From Eledone cirrhosa (lineage: Eukaryota): a DNA stretch of 64,000 nucleotides. Positions 57,338 to 64,000 of the stretch are shown in pieces; within the stretch, counting starts at the first letter, position 1, and every line of letters begins with the position of its first letter. The notes below the pieces were generated by a model that had not been told where the DNA came from, ran no database searches, and saw only the letters and a program-made list of their open reading frames with translations. The stretch spans positions 77,190,001 to 77,254,000 of the forward strand of contig OZ024747.1 in the NCBI GenBank assembly GCA_964016885.1, written 5' to 3'. The translations under genes and the position numbers were made by a program.

Positions 57338-57560
57338 TTAACCCTTTAGCATTTAAACCAGATGTATCCAGCCAGAATTCTCTCACCTCTTTCTGTTCAA
57401 ACTGGCCATAACTGGCTACTCATACTGATGTTAAGGTATTGTTCTCAAAATAAATAATATCAAAATCTCATAGATTCAATATTATGTGAGATAATTATGT
57501 GAGTTAAAGCTTTTACCACGAAAATACAATAGTATATATAGAGTAATGTAAATGATAAAG
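57338..57560 (+). mobile_element. piggyBac-like MITE family (other copies 18649-18770, 55765-55982)
   Basis: Terminus TTAA-CCCTTTAGCATTT; the 55765 copy ends in the complement AAATGCTAAAGGG-TTAA. Confidence 0.65.
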
Positions 57561-57716
57561 ATGGATTTGATTTAGTTTTAATTTAATTAAAGTGTGTTTG
57601 TGTCTGCATAACATTTCTATTTGTGCAACATCAATAGATCTAACAACTAGATTAAAAAAGAGAAGGAAATAAAGAATAAATTGAAAAGAATGTTAACGAG
57701 AGGAAAAGAAACTCAC

Positions 57717-57820
57717 CATCCATGGGAGACATTAATGAAGAGAAAATTAATTAAATATGATAAAAGTAATCCAAGGGTTATTCCAAATTCATTGAGAGAG
57801 ACTAGCTGACCTCTTCTTTT
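57717..57820 (-). CDS. SLC2A10/SLC2A12: GLUT10/12-like exon
   Basis: KRRGQLVSLNEFGITLGLLLSYLINFLFINVSHGW; 104 nt, GTGAGT donor. Confidence 0.93.
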
Positions 57821-58104
57821 CTGTAAAAGACAAGACAAAATAATTGTGATTACTTTATATATATACACAGAGGTTCGACAAGCTTTTGATTCAAGAGTCG
57901 GGTCACATCGATACAGATCGAACCTCGAGCTGATCTGTAGCAAAACGCACGTCCCAATCCAATAAATGTAATAAAGGAGTAACCATTCGTCCTTGTATAA
58001 TTATTTTACACTGTCTAGGTCTACACCCCGATACTGACGTGAACCTAAACATTGAGTGCTCAGCTGGGTGAACCTACAGTAACTCCATGTTACACTCCCT
58101 AAAT

Positions 58105-58180
<76 letters not shown>

Positions 58181-58371
58181 AAGGTATATATTGAGTTAGA
58201 AACTCAAAATAGTCTCTTACAATTAAATATAAAAGAGAGATAAGCACAGATATAAACATACATGTGTTCAAATCGTAAGGGATCAAGTATTCACCCTCAG
58301 CGAAATTGGTCCCTTACAATTTGAACACATGTATGTTTATATCTGTGTTTATCTCTCTTTTATATTCAATT

Positions 58372-58404
<33 letters not shown>

Positions 58405-58589
58405 CTATCTTTAATACATACATATAGACATTATATATATACAACAGGCATTCATGTGAAAGAATAAAATTTAATGCATAAAGTGAAATTTGCATTTGTA
58501 AGTCTTGTCGTTGTGAACAAAAATAGAAAAATAATATATGTGTGTGTGCATGAGTGCATATATACATACATACATACATACTTCGGCTA

Positions 58590-61500
58590 TCACTTCTTAA
58601 GTTTAGACCTGGTTGCTTCTCGATATGCTAGATGGATTGTGGAATTCTGGAGAGTCTGAAAAATCTGGACACTCAATGACAATGTCAAAGATAAAGATAA
58701 ATTCACCTCATGTTGCCGGACGAGAATGCAAGGACTCCTCCTCTTTATTTGGCCGCGGATGGCTAACATAACCCCATCTCTCTCACCCCTCCCTATGCCT
58801 CATCCTTCCCACCCACCAAACGCAATCCAAAACTTCAGAGTTGCTACCATGAATGTGGGCACCTTAAAAGGTCGCTCTAACGAGGTTCTAGAGATGCTTG
58901 AACGTAAGGAAGTTGATGTTTGCTGTATTCAAGAGACCAGGTGGAGGGGTGGGTCTGCTAGATTCATTGTGGGTAAAAAAACGATGGTATAAACTTTTCT
59001 GGGTGAGAAATGACAATGGGCTGGGTGGAGTAGGAATCATGCTAGCAGAAAAATGGGTAGATAAGATAATAGACGTAAATAGAGTGAACGACAAAATAAT
59101 TAAAATAAGACTTGTCCTAAATAGAACTACTGTGACAATAATATCCCAATCCGGACTGCCTGGCGTTATAAAAGACAGATTCTATGAGTCGCTAATGCTC
59201 ACTACCTCCCAAATAACCGACTGACTACATAATTATTGCTGGCGACCTAAATGGTCATGTTAGACAACATTGTGACGGCTATGACGGAATCCATGGAGGC
59301 TATGGGTTTGGTACTAGAAATGAGGAAGGCTCCAGAATCCTGGAATTCTGTGACGCAAATAACCTAACTATCTGTAACACTAACTTCAAAAAATGAGACA
59401 ATCATTTGATCACCTATAGATCAGGGGAACACGCCAGTCAGATAGATTATATCCATACCAGAAGACGTGACAGAGTGTCTGTTGTAAACACTAAATCCCT
59501 CCCCCATGAAGAATGCACCTCCCAACATAGCTTCATAGTTAGCGACCTCATAGTCAGGACGAGAGGTACTCAACAACAGAGGAGGACTACCCTAAAGAGA
59601 AGAATATGGAAGTTAATGGACCCCACAGCCAGTAACAAATTTAAAAGCATATTACTTGATGCTTTTGTCAGTGAGGAAGAGCAGTTAGAGTCGTACAATA
59701 TAGAGGAACAGTGGGAATTCCTGAAAGCTAACCTGCTGAAGGCGACAGATGAAATCTGTGGCTGGAGCAGACCTATAGGCAGAAGGAGAGTAACTTGGTG
59801 GTGCAACAGTAAGGTGCAGGAGTCAATCAAGGCCAAAAAGCAGGCTTGGAAAGTATGGCGGGATGGGGGAAGTAGAGAAGACTATCAAGTGGCCAGGAGG
59901 GAGGCTAGGAGACAAATGTACTTCGCAAGAAGGGAAGCAGAGGAAAGAAAGTTCAAGCATGTTCTACAACACGAGGACCACAAACGTGAGGTGTTCAGGA
60001 TTGCTAGGCAATGTGTCAAGAAAAACCGTGATATTGTCGGGGAGAAGTGTGTCCGTAATGATGAATGTGTACTTGTCATCACTAACGCTGATAAGAAGGT
60101 AGCTTGGAAGTGTCACTACGAAAGGCTACTAAATGAGGAGAATAAATGGGACAAAGATAGTCTGCCCCATATCGATTCAATAGAGGGACCAGCAGTGCAA
60201 GTTGAAGGTAGTATAATAAGTAAGGCAATCAAAGATATGAAGACAGGCAAGGCAGCTGGGCCCTCAGAGATAGTTGCTGAAATGCTGAAAGCATCTGGAA
60301 TGGTAGGACTCACTATGGTCACCCAGATAGTAAACCAAGTCCTACAGAATGGGGTCATACCAAATGACTGGCGTAGCAGCATCATCATTAACTGCTACAA
60401 GGGTAAAGGAGATGCCCTAGATAGAAGAAACTATAGAGGCATTAAATTAATTGACCAGGTCACGAAGGTCACAGAAGAAGTTATAGCGCAACTAATCATA
60501 AAGCGAATTGATCTAGATGAAATGCAGTTTGGGTTTGTGTCAGGTAAAAGTACCACAGATGCTCTTTTCCTTGTATGACAACTATAGGAGAAGTACCTAG
60601 CTAAAAGTAAACCCCTATACTTAGCTTTTGTTGACTTGGAGAAAGCCTTTGACAGAATCCCCCGCTCCATTATCTGGTGGTCTCTTAGAAAACTAGGTGT
60701 TGATGAATGGCTTGTGAGAGAAGAAGTTCCAAACATGGAAGCATGGCCTAGAATCAAAAGGCCTTAAAATTAACCTGTCTAAGACTAAAGTTCTCGTTTG
60801 TAGGAAGGAAAATAGGGCGCCGGTCCCATCCGGTAAATGGCCATGCTCAGTGTGTAGGAAAGGAGTAGGTAGAAACTCCATTTTATGTCCCAAATGCAAA
60901 GTATGGGTGCATAAAAGATGTAGTGGGATCACAGGTAAGCTAACTAAGAACATAGATTTTATATGTGGCCGGTGCTCAGGTGCAATAAGTAGTAGCAAGT
61001 GCCCACAGGATACTAGCTCCTTTCATTGCCCAGATGGTTCTATAGAAATAGTGGACACGTTCCGTTACCTGGGTGACAAAACCAGCAGTGGGGGAGGGTG
61101 CTCTGAAAGTACAGTAGCTAGAGTCAGAATGGGATGGAAAAAGTTCAGAGAGCTTATACCACTATTGGCCGCTAAAGGGTTCTCTCTAAAAATGAAAGGC
61201 AGACTGTATGATGCCTGCATACGAACAGCAATGTTACATGGCAGTGAGACATGGGTATTGTGTGCAGAGGATCTGCGCAGACTGGAGAGGAACGAAGCTT
61301 GCATGCTCTGCTGGATGTGCAATAGTAATATACGTGAACGGCAAAGCATAAACGAACTAAGGAAAAAATTAGGAATAAAAGGGATCAGATGCTGTTTACT
61401 TGAGAGAAGACTACGTTGGTATGGTCACATGATGCGCATGAAAGATGACAGCTGTATAAAAAAGTGCAGGGCGATCAAAATAGATGGAAGCTACGGAGTA

Positions 61501-62007
61501 GGCAGACCCAGAAAAACCTGGGACGATTTGATAAATTCTGACCTTACACACTTACACCTCTCCAACACAATGTCACTGGACCGAGGTCTTTGGCGCTACA
61601 CAGCAATACAGAAGACCCGCCTTGCCTAAGTACAAAGCGAAATCTACAGTCAGTAGGCACCTCTTAACCAAAAATACACCCCCATCCCACTACCCCCATC
61701 TACACCACCCCTTTCTCTTTAAAGTTATGTTTATTACCACAACATCCAGTCCTAAATAAATGAGGTTGTGTAGGTGTCACAACAAAAAAACACAGTCCAC
61801 GCTGTAATGTGGTCATGTAGGTAACATGGTAAAAACCTCCCAGTCCACACTGTAAACGTGGTTGGTGTTAGGAAGGGTATCCAGCCGTAGAAAACCCGCC
61901 AGACAGTCCTATACGAGCAAGACAACTAATCTTGCTTCATGTGGGACAATTCCCATCTAAACCCATGCTAGCGTGGAAGATAGACGTTAATCGATGACAA
62001 TGATGAT
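58590..62007 (+). mobile_element. Near full-length, decayed RTE-clade LINE (APE endonuclease + RT + PHD-like finger)
   Basis: NVGTLKGR/CCIQETRW/GDLNGH/QIDY endonuclease motifs, RT motifs (NYRGIKL, QFGF, AFVDLEKAFD, FRYLG), 3' UTR and GAT tail; frameshifts, stops and loss of the YADD segment. Confidence 0.93.
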
Positions 62008-62233
62008 ATATAAAATAGAAAAAAGAGGAAGTTTCGTTTATATATGAAAAATATTTATTGCGTATCGACCTGTTACGCATGTTTTGCAGAGGATTGACAC
62101 ACACCATGTCGAGACGTAATAAATATATTTTTCTTATGTAAACAAAACTTCCTCGTTTATCTATTATATACACATTGCATGTGCATAGAGTGCTTGATTT
62201 GGTACCAACACCAGTATTTCACAGTACTACCTA

Positions 62234-62283
<50 letters not shown>

Positions 62284-62469
62284 ATAATAATAAATGTGAA
62301 GACTAAAATCGAAAGAGGGCTCGATAAGGATAAATATATATCAAATATATAACCCTAGAGCAAATATTTATTAAAATAACAGATTAAAGTTTAAGCAAAG
62401 AATCACTGCTTTCACCCGTTAAGGGTGAAAGCAGTAATTCTTTGCTTAAACTTTAATCTGCTATTTTAA

Positions 62470-62505
<36 letters not shown>

Positions 62506-62581
62506 CACACACACACACACACACATAAATACATGGGCTTTTATTCTGATGTCAGTCAGTGATCTCTTAAATTATACATAC

Positions 62582-62665
62582 TGCTGGTGATATTTCAGAG
62601 ATATATACACATTCCGCCACTGAAGATACTGATATGGCAAATCCTAGGATCAAACGACCAATGAC
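62582..62665 (-). CDS. SLC2A10/SLC2A12: GLUT10/12-like exon
   Basis: VIGRLILGFAISVSSVAECVYISEISPA (sugar-porter signature); 84 nt. Confidence 0.93.
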
Positions 62666-62691
62666 CTGTATGGAGAGAGGAAGAAACATTA

Positions 62692-63142
62692 ATGGTGATG
62701 GTGGTGGTAATGGTGGTGATGGTGATGATCATGGAGGTGATGGTGATGATGATGATGGTGGTGGTGATGATGGTGGTGATGGTGGTGGTGGTGGTGATAG
62801 TGATGGTGGTGGTGGTGATGATGGTGGTGATGATGGTGGTGATGGTGGTGGTGGTGGTGGTGATGATCATGGTGGTGATAATCATGGTGGTGGTGGTGGT
62901 GGTGGTGGTGATGGTGGTGATGGTGATGATGGTGGTAGTGGTGGTGATGGTAATGGTGGTGATGATCATGGAGGTGATGGTGATGATCATGGTGATGATG
63001 ATGGTTGAGTGATGGTGCTGATGATCATGGTGGTGATGATGATGGTGATGATGATGGTGATGATGGTGATGATGAGTGTGATGGTGATGATGGTGGTGGT
63101 GGTGATGATGGTGGTGATGATGATGGTGGTGATGACGGTGGT
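62692..63142. repeat. (GGT/GAT)n trinucleotide repeat
   Basis: Directly visible; similar block at 8645-8795. Confidence 0.9.
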
Positions 63143-63312
63143 AAAATAATGAAATAATTAATAATCTTAGTAAATCCCTCAAAATTCTTCATTAATTAAT
63201 TACAATAAAGTGTATTTCATTAGAAATGCGATTATGGAGGAGTTAAAAAAACAAAGAAATTATTTTAAAAAAATGAAAATACAAACAAAAATACCAAAAT
63301 ATAAAATCTTAC

Positions 63313-63419
63313 CAAAATCGAAAATGATTGAGCAAAAGCAATTGTTAAAGATCCAAGGATGAATATGAAACCATTTAAAACAATTGTGATCCACCTTCCT
63401 AACAAATCTACCAGGAAAC
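63313..63419 (-). CDS. SLC2A10/SLC2A12: GLUT10/12-like exon
   Basis: FLVDLLGRWITIVLNGFIFILGSLTIAFAQSFSIL (DxxGR loop motif); AG/GT, 107 nt. Confidence 0.92.
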
Positions 63420-63570
63420 CTGAAATAACAATGTCAAGCAATATTAGCAGAAAAAGGAGAATTTAAAGTAAATCAGTTATTATGTTACACATACAGACAC
63501 AATAACCAACAAATGAAAATGAATTTATAACATAGATCTTCAAATTTTAATACATAAGATGTCATATTAC

Positions 63571-63687
63571 CTGATACTAAGGCACCAATAGTTGCCCCTA
63601 GCAACAAGAAACTAACCACAATAGATTGCTGGTCACATGACAACTGGAAATCAGTTCTTAACTGCAGTAATGCTCCAGATATTACTC
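63571..63687 (-). CDS. SLC2A10/SLC2A12: GLUT10/12-like facilitated sugar transporter, first exon visible (start lies beyond window)
   Basis: GVISGALLQLRTDFQLSCDQQSIVVSFLLLGATIGALVSG; AG/GT; 117 nt, phase 1-1. Confidence 0.9.
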
Positions 63688-64000
63688 CTGAAATATTAAA
63701 ACAATTTTATAAAACATAAAACATGAATACATATAAATTTTGAAATATATATTTGGGAAATTTCATGCAATGTTTTAAACATGTACATAACCCAATTCCC
63801 ACCCCCTTACATCAATAAGTGCCACAACAGAGGTAGACCAAAGAAAACCTGGGAGTAGGTGGTGAGAGCTGATCTCAAATTGCTAAGACACATTTAAAAA
63901 TCAAAACAAATTCCCCAAGGCAGGGATACCTCTGAGGGTCACTCATGGAGAAACCCCACAAAAAGTCACAATAACCTTGACTGTTATGACAGGTGTCCTC

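Noticed and set aside
62595-63182. Poly-His/Thr and Gly/Asp ORFs (also 21070-22308, 8516-8995)
   Set aside because: Intronic or intergenic trinucleotide low-complexity repeats

Overview
AT-rich, microsatellite-dense animal genomic DNA. The tRNA-derived SINEs, RTE LINEs with (GAT)n tails and Penelope fragments suggest an octopod cephalopod (inference). Two intron-rich genes lie on the minus strand. One is a complete calcyphosin-like gene (CAPSL; 4 coding exons, 207 aa, with an RFX X-box and a forkhead site upstream). The other is a 5'-incomplete class III sugar transporter of the GLUT10/GLUT12 type (12 phase-consistent exons, 63687 to 26372). The introns hold decayed RTE LINEs whose RT carries a PHD-like finger, SINEs, MITEs and minisatellites. 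They also hold about 17 type-I hammerhead-ribozyme (HHR) motifs from many unrelated Penelope-pLTR or retrozyme-like families, many in fold-back palindromes inserted in (TA)n. The most notable item is a 420-bp tandem HHR retrozyme family that is fused twice, independently and in the same polarity, to fragments of one RTE LINE family. Nearly all long ORFs in the supplied track are repeat artefacts. All structures and alignments were done by eye.
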